This document shows, in pieces, positions 9,081 to 17,877 of a stretch of DNA of 64,000 nt. The notes under the pieces are model-generated. The model ran no database searches. It had not been told where the DNA came from and saw nothing but the letters and a program-made list of their open reading frames with translations. Both the position numbers and the translations under genes were made by a program. This DNA comes from an uncultured Anaerolineaceae bacterium (lineage in GTDB: Bacteria; Chloroflexota; Anaerolineae; Anaerolineales; UBA11579), in assembly GCA_964623375.1 (NCBI GenBank), contig CAZUTS010000001.1, positions 7,692-71,691 on the forward strand. The letters run 5' to 3'. How positions within the stretch are numbered: the first letter of the stretch is position 1; every line of letters begins with the position of its first letter.

Positions 9081-9908
9081 ATGAAAAAGTGGGATAACGC
9101 AATCACATTGATCACGGGTGGCGGTTCCGGCATCGGGCGGGCGTTAGCTCTTGCGATTGCCGCCCGCGGCGGGCAGGTCGCTGTTGCCGATATAGACCTT
9201 GCTGCCGCGCAAGCTGTCGCCGCGGACTGTGGCGGCGGAGCCGTGGCCGTGAAACTGGATGTGCGTGACGCTAAAGCCTTCCAGAAATGTGTGGATGCCG
9301 TCATCCAGCAACACGACCGCCTTGATTTCTTATTTAATAATGCCGGCATTGGTATTGCCGGCGAGGCGTACGAAATTCCAGCCGAAGCCTGGCAGCGCAT
9401 CATGGATATTAATATCGGCGGCACGCTCAACGGCGTCGCGGCTGCGTACCCGCACATGATCAAGCAGGGCAGTGGTCATATCATCAACACCGCCTCGTTG
9501 GCCGGCCTCGGCCCGGCGCCGCTGCTGGCGCCGTATTCCATGACCAAGCACGCCATCGTCGGCCTCAGCCACAGCCTGCGCATCGAGGCGGCTGCCTACG
9601 GCGTGCGCGTCAGCGTGCTGTGCCCGGCTTCGGTGGAGACGCCCATGCTTGACGCGCCGCCCCCAGCTGATATTAAAAATATGCCCTGGACGCCGGATGT
9701 GCGCCGCTTCCTCACCAAACTGGCTGGGCCGCCGTACCCTGCTGAGAAGTTCGCTGCTGAGGCCTTGCGCGGCGTCGAGAAGAACGCCGCCACCATCGTG
9801 GCGCCGGCGCGGGCACGCTTGGTCTGGTACTTGGGCCGCCTGGCCCCGGGCTTGGTGGAAGCTGCCAGCCAGAGCGCAGTTGCCTCAGAGCGCGCCAGCC
9901 GCGCCTGA
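9081..9908 (+). CDS. short-chain dehydrogenase/reductase (SDR) family oxidoreductase
   Basis: TGGGSGIGRALA (cofactor-binding), NNAG, catalytic YSMTKHA (YxxxK). GAGGAGG lies 6 nt before the ATG at 9081. Confidence 0.88.
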   Translation: MKKWDNAITLITGGGSGIGRALALAIAARGGQVAVADIDLAAAQAVAADCGGGAVAVKLDVRDAKAFQKCVDAVIQQHDRLDFLFNNAGIGIAGEAYEIPAEAWQRIMDINIGGTLNGVAAAYPHMIKQGSGHIINTASLAGLGPAPLLAPYSMTKHAIVGLSHSLRIEAAAYGVRVSVLCPASVETPMLDAPPPADIKNMPWTPDVRRFLTKLAGPPYPAEKFAAEALRGVEKNAATIVAPARARLVWYLGRLAPGLVEAASQSAVASERASRA

Positions 9909-9969
9909 TTACGCAGGCTTGGCGCTTTAGACCGCCTTAATCTGTGGATGATAGAATCGCTCTTAATTC

Positions 9970-11298
9970 ATGCAAGAGCCTTATCTCAATCCCAAAAACA
10001 GACGCCGCCGCCCGCCAACGCCCAAATGGCTGCGCATCCTCGCCATTCTGCTGGGCGTGGTATTGCTGGCAGTGCTGGTGTACAACCTGCCGCCGGTGAA
10101 AGAACGCCTGGCGTGGCGCGTAGACGCGCTGCGCACCAGCATCGTCTATTTCTTCAACCCGCCGCAAGAAGCGGTGTTCCAGCCGCAGATCACCACCATC
10201 ACCCAACCCACGGCGCAGCCCACGCGCACTACCCAGCCCACAGCCGAGGCCACCGCCGTGCCTCTGCCGCCACGCGTGCAGCTGGACGGCTTCACCTATG
10301 TTGACCAGCACAACCGCTGGAACTATTGCGGCCCGGCCAATATGACCATGGCGCTCAATTTCTGGGGCTGGGAAGGCGACCGGGATGATGTCGCCCGCTA
10401 TGTCAAACCCGGCATTGGCAATAACCCCAACCAGCCCGAAGACAAGAACGTGATGCCTTACGAAATGCAGGACTTTGCCAACACACAAGTCCCGGGCATG
10501 CAGGCGCTGGTGCGTATGGGTGGCGAGCTGGAGACGCTGAAGCGGCTGCTGGCCGCCGGCTTCCCTGCCATTGTGGAGAAGGGTTACTACACCACGGATG
10601 CCAGTGGCAAGTATTCGTGGCTGGGGCACTACCAATTTGTGACGGGTTACGATGAAGACGAAGGCGTCTTCATCGTGCAAGATACCTACGAGCGCGGCGG
10701 GGAGAACGACAGCGGCCAGAATATGCGCTGGCCGTATGATGACTTCTACTCTGCCTGGCGCCAGTTTAACTTCCTGTTCATCGTGGTCTACCCGGAAGGG
10801 CAGCAGGCCGCAGTGCTCGAGGCGCTCGGCCCGTGGGCTGATGAGCAATGGACCTTTGCACATGCCCTGGAAACGGCGCGCGCCGATACCGAGACCCTTA
10901 CCGGCGTGGATGCGTACTATGCCTGGTTCAATGTGGGCACCAGCCACGTGCGCCTGCTGGAGTATGTGGACGCAGCCCACGCCTACGATTACGCCTTCCA
11001 GCTGTATCAGGCCCTGGACCCAGACACACGCCCATACCGCATGCTGTGGTATCAGAGCTGGCCGTACTGGGCCTACTATTACAGCGCCCGCTATCAGGAC
11101 ACCATCAACCTGGCCAACACCACCCTGGCCACGATCGCTGAGCCCACGCTGGAAGAGAGCATCTACTGGCGCGGCCTGGCGCGTGAAGCCATTGGCGAAA
11201 TTGACAACGCCATCGCTGATTATCGCGAAGCCGTGCGCTTGAATCCCAACTTCTCGGCCGGGCGCGCCCAACTGCAACGCCTGGGCGTGAGCCCCTAG
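9970..11298 (+). CDS. membrane-anchored peptidase C39-like domain protein with C-terminal TPR
   Basis: N-terminal TM WLRILAILLGVVLLAVLVY, Pro/Thr/Gln linker, NRWNYCGPANMTMALNFWGW (papain-like C39_2 Cys motif), and a C-terminal TPR-like segment YWRGLAREAIGEIDNAIADYREAVRLNP. Confidence 0.6.
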   Translation: MQEPYLNPKNRRRRPPTPKWLRILAILLGVVLLAVLVYNLPPVKERLAWRVDALRTSIVYFFNPPQEAVFQPQITTITQPTAQPTRTTQPTAEATAVPLPPRVQLDGFTYVDQHNRWNYCGPANMTMALNFWGWEGDRDDVARYVKPGIGNNPNQPEDKNVMPYEMQDFANTQVPGMQALVRMGGELETLKRLLAAGFPAIVEKGYYTTDASGKYSWLGHYQFVTGYDEDEGVFIVQDTYERGGENDSGQNMRWPYDDFYSAWRQFNFLFIVVYPEGQQAAVLEALGPWADEQWTFAHALETARADTETLTGVDAYYAWFNVGTSHVRLLEYVDAAHAYDYAFQLYQALDPDTRPYRMLWYQSWPYWAYYYSARYQDTINLANTTLATIAEPTLEESIYWRGLAREAIGEIDNAIADYREAVRLNPNFSAGRAQLQRLGVSP

Positions 11299-11307
11299 GA
11301 ACGCTAC

Positions 11308-12546
11308 ATGAAAATCCTGCACTTCGCCGACGCCCACATTGATATGGCCAACACCGGCCGCCAGGATCCGGACACCGGCTTGCCGGTGCGCGTGATGGAC
11401 TATTTGCGCTCGCTGGATGAGATCATTGACACCGCCATCAACGAGAAGGTGGACCTGGTGCTCTTCGCCGGTGATGCGTACAAGGACCGCAACCCGGCAC
11501 CCACCTTCATGCGTGAGTGGGGCCGCCGCATGATCAAGCTCTCCAAGGCGCAGATCCCTACGCTGCTACTGGTGGGCAATCATGATCTCTCGCCCAGCCT
11601 GGGCCGTGCCCACGCGCTGGAAGAGTACGCTACGTTGGAAGTGCCCTACATCAAAGTGCTGGATAAGCCGCAGTTCCTCGGCCCGGATGAGCTATGGGGC
11701 TTGCAATTGCAGGTGATCGCTCTGCCGTGGATCACGCGCTCCGGCATGTTGGCCTACTTGCAGAGCCAGGGTGAGACGGTGGGGGATATCTACGAGCGCA
11801 TGGCGGAGACCCTGTCTGAGCTGGTCAGCGGCTATCTCGAGACCCAGGCTGACCACAGCCTGCCCATCGTCATGGCGGCGCACGCTTCGGTGCAGGGCGC
11901 GGTGTATGGCGGCGAGCACACCGTGATGCTGGGCAATGACTTAGTCCTTTCGGGCAGCCTGGTGAAAGACAAGCGCTTGGACTATGTGGCACTGGGTCAC
12001 ATTCACAAGAAGCAAAATCTCAACGAGAGTGGACAGCCCCCGGTGGTCTACCCGGGTTCGATCGAGCGCATTGATTTTGGCGAGGCCAAGGATGACAAGT
12101 ACTTCGTCATTGCTGATGTGCAAAAAGGAAATACTCAGCTCGATTGGCGCCAGTTGCGCCACATCCGCAAGTTTTGGAGCGGCATTGCTGAACCCAAGCA
12201 TGAGCTCAGCGTCACGGCGGACATCATCGCCAAGCTGCCATCGCCCGCTGAATTGCAAGACACCATTGCGCGCCTGGTGATCTTTTACCCGCGCGAGTGG
12301 GAGCCCTTCATTGACGAGGCACAAATCCGCGCCGCGGCGGCCAGCGCTTTTGAATTCCATCTCATCAAGCGCCCGCAAATGGAACTGCGCACGCGTATTT
12401 CTGAAGGGCGCGTAGTGAGCGAGATGTCGCCTTACGAGCTGCTGGATGTGTATTGGGACACTATTCACCTAGATGATGCCGAGGCGCGCACCACGCTGAC
12501 CCAGCTGGCCAAAGGCGTAATCGAAACCCCGCTGGCTGAGGACTGA
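11308..12546 (+). CDS. sbcD: SbcD/Mre11-family DNA repair exonuclease (metallophosphoesterase)
   Basis: ILHFADAHID, FAGDAYKDRNP, LLVGNHD and ALGHIH phosphoesterase motifs in canonical order. Confidence 0.82.
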   Translation: MKILHFADAHIDMANTGRQDPDTGLPVRVMDYLRSLDEIIDTAINEKVDLVLFAGDAYKDRNPAPTFMREWGRRMIKLSKAQIPTLLLVGNHDLSPSLGRAHALEEYATLEVPYIKVLDKPQFLGPDELWGLQLQVIALPWITRSGMLAYLQSQGETVGDIYERMAETLSELVSGYLETQADHSLPIVMAAHASVQGAVYGGEHTVMLGNDLVLSGSLVKDKRLDYVALGHIHKKQNLNESGQPPVVYPGSIERIDFGEAKDDKYFVIADVQKGNTQLDWRQLRHIRKFWSGIAEPKHELSVTADIIAKLPSPAELQDTIARLVIFYPREWEPFIDEAQIRAAAASAFEFHLIKRPQMELRTRISEGRVVSEMSPYELLDVYWDTIHLDDAEARTTLTQLAKGVIETPLAED

Positions 12547-13568
12547 TGCAGCCCTCACGCCGCCCCCGCTCCCTGTTCGCCTTGCTGCTGGCCGCTAGCC
12601 TGCTGGCGGGCTGCCTCACGCCGCCCGATACGCGCCTGCCCACGCGTACGCCCGCGCCCGTACTGCCCACGGCCTCGCCGACCCCGCAGCCGGTGGGCAC
12701 CGTGGCGCCCGAAACCGCGGTGGAGATCCACCAGATGGGCTGGATCACCTACACCGCCAGCATTGGCGGCCGCCGTGATGTGTGGCTGATCCGCCCGGAT
12801 GGCAGCGATGAGATCAACCTCACCGGCGAGTTCCCCAATGGCTTCGCCGAGGCACCGGTCTGGTCGCCGGATGGCAGCATCATCGCCTACGACGCCATCC
12901 CCAACTCAGACGTCTCGCGGGATATCTACTACATGACCCTGGCTGACCGTGAGCCGATTGCGCTCACCTCGCTGCCCGGCTTTGACTGTTATCCCAGCTT
13001 CTCACCGGATGGTACCAAGATCGTCTACATGTCTGAGCGTGACGGCAACCGTGACCTGTTCATCATTGATATGGAAGGCAACGAGCTGCTGCAACTGACC
13101 GATGACCCGGGCTATGACTACGAGCCGGCCTGGTCACCGGATGGCGAGCAGATCGTCTTCACCTCGCGCCGCACTGGCAACTCGGAGATCTTCATCATCA
13201 ATGCCGATGGCACCGACCTGCGCCAACTGACCGACCAGTGGGGCCTGGATTGGCGGCCGACCTGGTCGCCGGACGGCGAGTGGATCGCCTTCGAGACCTG
13301 GCGCAACGGCAACGCCGACATCTACATGATGCGCCCAGATGGCAGCGACGTCACCCAACTCACCGACAACCCGGCCGAAGATGGCCACCCGACCTTCTCG
13401 CCGGATGGGCGCTACATCGTGTTCCACTCCTCGCGGGCGGGCAACTTTCAATTATTCGTGATGGATTTGGAAGACTCGGCCAACCCCTGGCACCTGCCCA
13501 CCGAGAGCCCGTATGCGCTGCTGCCCGCTTGGTCGCCGGTGACGGTGGTCGAGGCGTTGGAGGAGTAG
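12546..13568 (+). CDS. lipoprotein with PD40/WD40-like (TolB-type) beta-propeller repeats
   Basis: Lipobox LLAGC. Repeated units of the form P(V/A)WSPDG..I(A/V)(Y/F)...R.GN.(D/E)I(F/Y). The start overlaps the sbcD stop by 1 nt (TGATG). Confidence 0.8.
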   Translation: MQPSRRPRSLFALLLAASLLAGCLTPPDTRLPTRTPAPVLPTASPTPQPVGTVAPETAVEIHQMGWITYTASIGGRRDVWLIRPDGSDEINLTGEFPNGFAEAPVWSPDGSIIAYDAIPNSDVSRDIYYMTLADREPIALTSLPGFDCYPSFSPDGTKIVYMSERDGNRDLFIIDMEGNELLQLTDDPGYDYEPAWSPDGEQIVFTSRRTGNSEIFIINADGTDLRQLTDQWGLDWRPTWSPDGEWIAFETWRNGNADIYMMRPDGSDVTQLTDNPAEDGHPTFSPDGRYIVFHSSRAGNFQLFVMDLEDSANPWHLPTESPYALLPAWSPVTVVEALEE

Positions 13569-13621
13569 ACGAGAGGATATCAAATCCTAATCGGTGCCGA
13601 AACTTCAGGCTGAACTTGCTC

Positions 13622-14935
13622 TTAGCGGCTATTGGTACGTTCTAATCGCATAACTGCTTTATCAAGAGCAAAGAAACAGATAAGCCAGAATCCAAGATAA
13701 AACTGAATACAAACTTGCAAGAAGTGTCGTTGGATTTCCATTGCGTCACCAATCCATATTAAAACGGCGTTTGGGAGTGCAAGCACAACCATTGCAAAAA
13801 GGATCGACGCCTCTTTATAGTTTGCATGGCCAGCAGAGATAACTATGTATCCAAGAGCAAGAATAGCAAGGCTGAGCAATAGCAGGAATGGGATATAGCT
13901 AGGGAACAATATGCTCTCAGCCATTTCAGGAAGAATAGGCAGATAACCTGGAAAATAGCTAGAACCCGTTGTTACTATCTGATCCATTAAAGCGAGCGTA
14001 TTTCTTACTGGTGGCGTTGGGTTGCTTAGAAGCCATTTTATATAACAGCTCTTTCCCGAGGAATGCAGCCAGTCCCTATACTCGTCAAGATCAGGATCGT
14101 TGTAGAAGGCCCAGTCATTGCTGCTTGCCCACCCTCCAGTAAGGTTTAGTAACTGTGGTGAAACTGGCATTCCACATGCTGCAAAAAAGAGAGTCGCGTC
14201 GGAATTAACTAAAACTCTTTGAGCCAAGACATTTTGAAAAGGGAAAACCCAGCGCTGGCCTTTGTCTGAGGTGATTTGATTAAAGGCAAAGAGAATGAGG
14301 AACAAAAGGGCTAAACTGGCATATTTGCGATTAGCTGGTCTAAAGCTTAGTACTAATAAAGGTAAGCTTAAAGAGAACAAAAACCACATATTGGTCTCTC
14401 GTGTAAAACCCCATGAAAATGCGATTGCTAGAAAGAACAAAGTGCTTGCCCATGTCCAGTTTGTTCTTTCCATCCAAAGCCAGCTTCCAACTAACATTGC
14501 TAAAAACGATAAAGAGACAGATTCGCTCAATAAAGTGGAATCCCAACCGGTGATGTTAAAGCTAAGACTGAAGAGCAAGATAAATACAAAGCAACTTATG
14601 CCAAGAAGTGAATGTTTGATTGATTTCTTGGCTTGGAAAGCAAGGAAACTCCAGCCGAAAGTTGCTAGAGCTGTTTGAATGAGGATGATGGCTTTATGAT
14701 TTGAGCTTGCTAGTTTATGTATAAGTGGAACGAAGAATGGTCTGCCTCCAGCTAGGAATGCGGAGCTTAAAAATGGTTTATTAGCTATATCTTCATAAAC
14801 ACCAGTATCAGGGAAGACATGGATATTCGTAAGCGCATGTTGCCCGAGCCACACTCTCGATACCCCATACAATAAAAGAATAATGATAAGAATATGTTTC
14901 TCGTTCTTCATACCCTGTTTATCCTTTATAGTCAA
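13622..14935 (-). CDS. polytopic integral membrane protein of unknown function (GT-C-like shape), encoded in an AT-rich island
   Basis: 437-aa ORF with about 11 hydrophobic segments by eye and a central soluble loop. Codon usage is A/T-ending, unlike the neighbouring genes. Confidence 0.65.
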   Translation of the reverse strand: MTIKDKQGMKNEKHILIIILLLYGVSRVWLGQHALTNIHVFPDTGVYEDIANKPFLSSAFLAGGRPFFVPLIHKLASSNHKAIILIQTALATFGWSFLAFQAKKSIKHSLLGISCFVFILLFSLSFNITGWDSTLLSESVSLSFLAMLVGSWLWMERTNWTWASTLFFLAIAFSWGFTRETNMWFLFSLSLPLLVLSFRPANRKYASLALLFLILFAFNQITSDKGQRWVFPFQNVLAQRVLVNSDATLFFAACGMPVSPQLLNLTGGWASSNDWAFYNDPDLDEYRDWLHSSGKSCYIKWLLSNPTPPVRNTLALMDQIVTTGSSYFPGYLPILPEMAESILFPSYIPFLLLLSLAILALGYIVISAGHANYKEASILFAMVVLALPNAVLIWIGDAMEIQRHFLQVCIQFYLGFWLICFFALDKAVMRLERTNSR

Positions 14936-15200
14936 CTGATAAAGCTGTTAACATTGTGTAATTGCTATGATTTTAACTGACTTCTCTCAGCTAATCCTAA
15001 ATGGCTCATTTGATTGAAAGGGGGTATTCCCTTTCTAAAAATAGGGCATAACCTAGTCTGTATCAATCTTGCTAATTAGTCTGGATTTGCTTGGTAAGTT
15101 GGTTATCGGTGATTCCAAATAAGCTGACTTATGTGCAACTAATCCATTTTAGTTTAACTGTGTTGTTTACTTTCTCGACATAGAATATCCGTTCCATTCC

Positions 15201-15209
15201 TGCTACAAT
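15201..15209 (+). promoter_or_regulatory. extended -10 (TGcTACAAT) 7 nt upstream of the helicase ATG, suggesting a leaderless mRNA
   Basis: TG at 15201-15202, TACAAT at 15204-15209, ATG at 15217, and no SD in between. Confidence 0.4.
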
Positions 15210-15216
15210 CGCCGGC

Positions 15217-17751
15217 ATGGCGAATTTGGAAGCATTGCTGGCCCACTGGCGTGCCGAGCCCGGCGTCGGCGGCAACGTCACCCGCTGGCACCGTGACCCG
15301 GCGCGGCCGGGCCGCTACCAGCCGCTGCCCGCAGACATCCATCCGGCACTGGCCGCCGCCTTCGCTCGCCTAGGTTACGGCCAGCTCTACAGCCACCAGG
15401 CCGCCGCCTACCGCGGCCTGCGCGCCGGCGAAGACGTGGCCGTGGTCACCGGCACGGCCAGCGGCAAGACCCTGTGCTACAACCTGCCGGTGCTCGATAC
15501 CCTGCTGCGCGATGACACGGCGCGGGCGCTGTACCTGTTCCCCACCAAGGCCCTGGCCCACGACCAGCGCGACGAGCTGGATACCTGGCTGGATGCGGCA
15601 AGCGCGACCGCCAGCGTGCCGGCCGCGGCCTACGACGGCGACACGCCCACGCACCACCGCACCAACATCCGCCGCAAAGCGCACCTGCTCATCAGCAATC
15701 CCGACATGCTGCACTACAGCATCCTGCCTTCGCACACCCAGTGGGCCGAGTTCTTCGGCAACTTGCGCTACATCGTCATTGACGAGATGCACTATTACCG
15801 CGGCGTGTTCGGTTCGCATGTCGCCAATGTGCTGCGGCGGCTGGCCCGCGTCACGCGCTTCTATGGCACCCGCCCGCAGTTCGTGCTGGCCTCGGCCACC
15901 ATCGCCAACCCGCGTGAGCTGGCCGAGCGCCTTATCGAGCGCCAGGTCACGCTTATCGACGAAGACGGCGCGCCGCGCGGCCCGCGCAACTTTCTGGTCT
16001 ACAACCCGCCGGTGGTGGACGAGCAGCTGGGCCTGCGTGCCAGCTTGTACCAGGAGAGCGTGCGCCTGGTGAGCGACCTGCTGGCCTATGACGTGCAGAC
16101 CATCCTGTTCGGCCGCACGCGGCGCATGGTGGAAGTGATGCTCAAGAATCTGCGCGACCGCGCCGCGGGCGAGGACAGCATCCGCGGTTACCGCGGCGGC
16201 TACCTGGCCGCCGAGCGCCGCGAGATCGAGAGCGGCCTGCGCAGCGGCGAACTGCGCGCCGTGGTGGCCACCAACGCGCTCGAGCTGGGCGTGGATATTG
16301 GCGGCATGGGCGCGGCGGTGCTGGCCGGCTACCCTGGCAGCGTGGCCGCCACCTGGCAGCAGGCCGGGCGCTCCGGCCGCGGCGAGCAGCCCGCGCTCGG
16401 CGTGCTGGTTGCCTCCGCCAATCCGCTCGACCAATATTTGGCGCGCCATCCGGAGTATCTGCTGGGCCGCACGCCGGAGCGCGCTCTCATCAACCCGGAC
16501 AATTTGCTCATCCTGCTCTCGCACCTGCGCTGCGCCGCCTTCGAGCTGCCCTTCCAGCCCGGCGAGAACTTCGGCACCGTGCCGGCCGCCGAAGTGGAGG
16601 AATTTCTGCGCCTGTTGGCCGAGGGCGGCGAGCTGCGCGCCTCGGGTGGCAAATACTATTGGATGCAGGAGCAGCAACCCTCGCGCGGCGTCAGCCTGCG
16701 CGGCGCCAGCACGGACTCGGTGGTCATCCAGGCCCGCGACGACAAGGGCGCGTGGCAGCTCGTCGGCGAAGTCGAGCCGAACGCCGCGCTGTGGCTGGTG
16801 CATCCCGACGCCATCTATATTCATGACGGGCGCACCTATTTTGTCGATAAGCTCGACCTCGACGAAAAGGTGGCCTACCTGCGCCCCATTGAAGCCGACT
16901 ATTACACGGTGCCCAAGAGCCGCAGCACCGTCTCGCTGGTCGAGGAGCACAAGCAGCAACCCGTGCCCGGTGGCAGCAAACATTACGGCGAGCTCAACAT
17001 CACTGTCGAGATCACCGGCTACGACAAGATCCAGTGGTCCGGTAGCGGCCTGGCAGACCCGGAAAACCCCGGCGGCGGGCAACTGACCTTGCCGCCGATT
17101 GAGCTAAATACGTACGGCTACTGGTTCGCGATTGGTGAGGACACCATTGTCCGCCTGCGCGAGCAGGGCCTGTGGACCAATGATGCCAATGACTACGGGC
17201 CAGACTGGGCCGCCGTGCGCAAAGCGGCGCTGGAGCGCGACGGGCACCGCTGCCAGGTGTGCGGCGCCGGGGAGCCGCTGGACGTGCACCACAAGCAGCC
17301 GCTACGCAGCTTCCGCTCGTATGCGGAGGGCAACAAGCTTGAGAACCTCATCAGCCTGTGTCCCACCTGCCACCGCCGCGCCGAGGCAGTGGTGGCGATG
17401 CGTAGTGGGCTGGCCGGGCTTTCGTTCGTGCTGCGCCACCTGGCGCCGCTGTACCTGATGTGCGACCCCAGCGACTTGGGCGTGCATTCTGACCCGCGCT
17501 CAGATTTGGCCGAAGGTGGCCCGGTGGTGGTGATGTACGACAATGTCGGCAATGCACTGGGCTTCAGTGAGCGCTTGTTTGAATTGCACGGCGAGTTGAT
17601 GACGGCCGCGCTGGAGCTGGTGGCCAACTGTGGTTGCAAGGACGGCTGCCCGTCATGCGTGGGGCCGGGCGGGGAGCAGGGGCAGGGCAGCAAGCGTGAG
17701 ACGCTGGCGCTACTACACGAGCTGGTGGTGACTCAGGAACAACCAACGTAG
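15217..17751 (+). CDS. MrfA/YprA-family DEAD/DEAH-box DNA helicase with C-terminal DUF1998 (Zn-binding) domain and an embedded HNH motif
   Basis: TGTASGKTLCY (Walker A), IVIDEMH (DExH), SATIAN, TNALELGVDIG, QQAGRSGRG. The C-terminal Cys cluster is NCGCKDGCPSCVG. The HNH-like segment is HRCQVCG...DVHHKQP...NLISLCPTCH. Confidence 0.8.
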   Translation: MANLEALLAHWRAEPGVGGNVTRWHRDPARPGRYQPLPADIHPALAAAFARLGYGQLYSHQAAAYRGLRAGEDVAVVTGTASGKTLCYNLPVLDTLLRDDTARALYLFPTKALAHDQRDELDTWLDAASATASVPAAAYDGDTPTHHRTNIRRKAHLLISNPDMLHYSILPSHTQWAEFFGNLRYIVIDEMHYYRGVFGSHVANVLRRLARVTRFYGTRPQFVLASATIANPRELAERLIERQVTLIDEDGAPRGPRNFLVYNPPVVDEQLGLRASLYQESVRLVSDLLAYDVQTILFGRTRRMVEVMLKNLRDRAAGEDSIRGYRGGYLAAERREIESGLRSGELRAVVATNALELGVDIGGMGAAVLAGYPGSVAATWQQAGRSGRGEQPALGVLVASANPLDQYLARHPEYLLGRTPERALINPDNLLILLSHLRCAAFELPFQPGENFGTVPAAEVEEFLRLLAEGGELRASGGKYYWMQEQQPSRGVSLRGASTDSVVIQARDDKGAWQLVGEVEPNAALWLVHPDAIYIHDGRTYFVDKLDLDEKVAYLRPIEADYYTVPKSRSTVSLVEEHKQQPVPGGSKHYGELNITVEITGYDKIQWSGSGLADPENPGGGQLTLPPIELNTYGYWFAIGEDTIVRLREQGLWTNDANDYGPDWAAVRKAALERDGHRCQVCGAGEPLDVHHKQPLRSFRSYAEGNKLENLISLCPTCHRRAEAVVAMRSGLAGLSFVLRHLAPLYLMCDPSDLGVHSDPRSDLAEGGPVVVMYDNVGNALGFSERLFELHGELMTAALELVANCGCKDGCPSCVGPGGEQGQGSKRETLALLHELVVTQEQPT

Positions 17752-17754
17752 ATC

Positions 17755-17866
17755 GTCATTGCGAGTGCGCCGAAGACGCACGAAGCAATCCCCAAACCTG
17801 ACTACAAAGCGTGTCGGGGATTGCTTCAGTTGACTGCATTGACATGCAGCCTCCATCGCAATGACG
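17755..17866. repeat. inverted pair of hairpin (REP-like) elements, ATTGC/GCAAT variant
   Basis: GTCATTGCGAGTGCGCCGAAGACGCACGAAGCAATCCCC (17755-17793), then a 23-nt spacer, then GGGGATTGCTTC...CATCGCAATGAC (17817-17866), the same element in reverse orientation. It lies between convergent genes. Confidence 0.75.
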
Positions 17867-17877
17867 TACCGAGTCTG

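Noticed and set aside
9937-11337. 466-aa minus-strand ORF
   Set aside because: It is exactly antisense to the motif-bearing C39-like/TPR gene. Its composition is Gly/Ala/His/Arg/Val-rich low complexity, typical of GC-rich shadow frames, with no recognisable motif or SD.
13582-15000. 8-nt direct repeat AATCCTAA at both edges of the AT-rich island (13582-13589 and 14993-15000), considered as possible att or target-site duplication
   Set aside because: An 8-mer match in AT-rich DNA over these spans is plausibly chance. No integrase, transposase or terminal inverted repeats were found.
15370-17082. 570-aa minus-strand ORF
   Set aside because: It is antisense to the helicase gene, which has a complete ordered set of SF2 motifs. 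The shadow frame has a low-complexity Ala/Gly/Arg/His composition.
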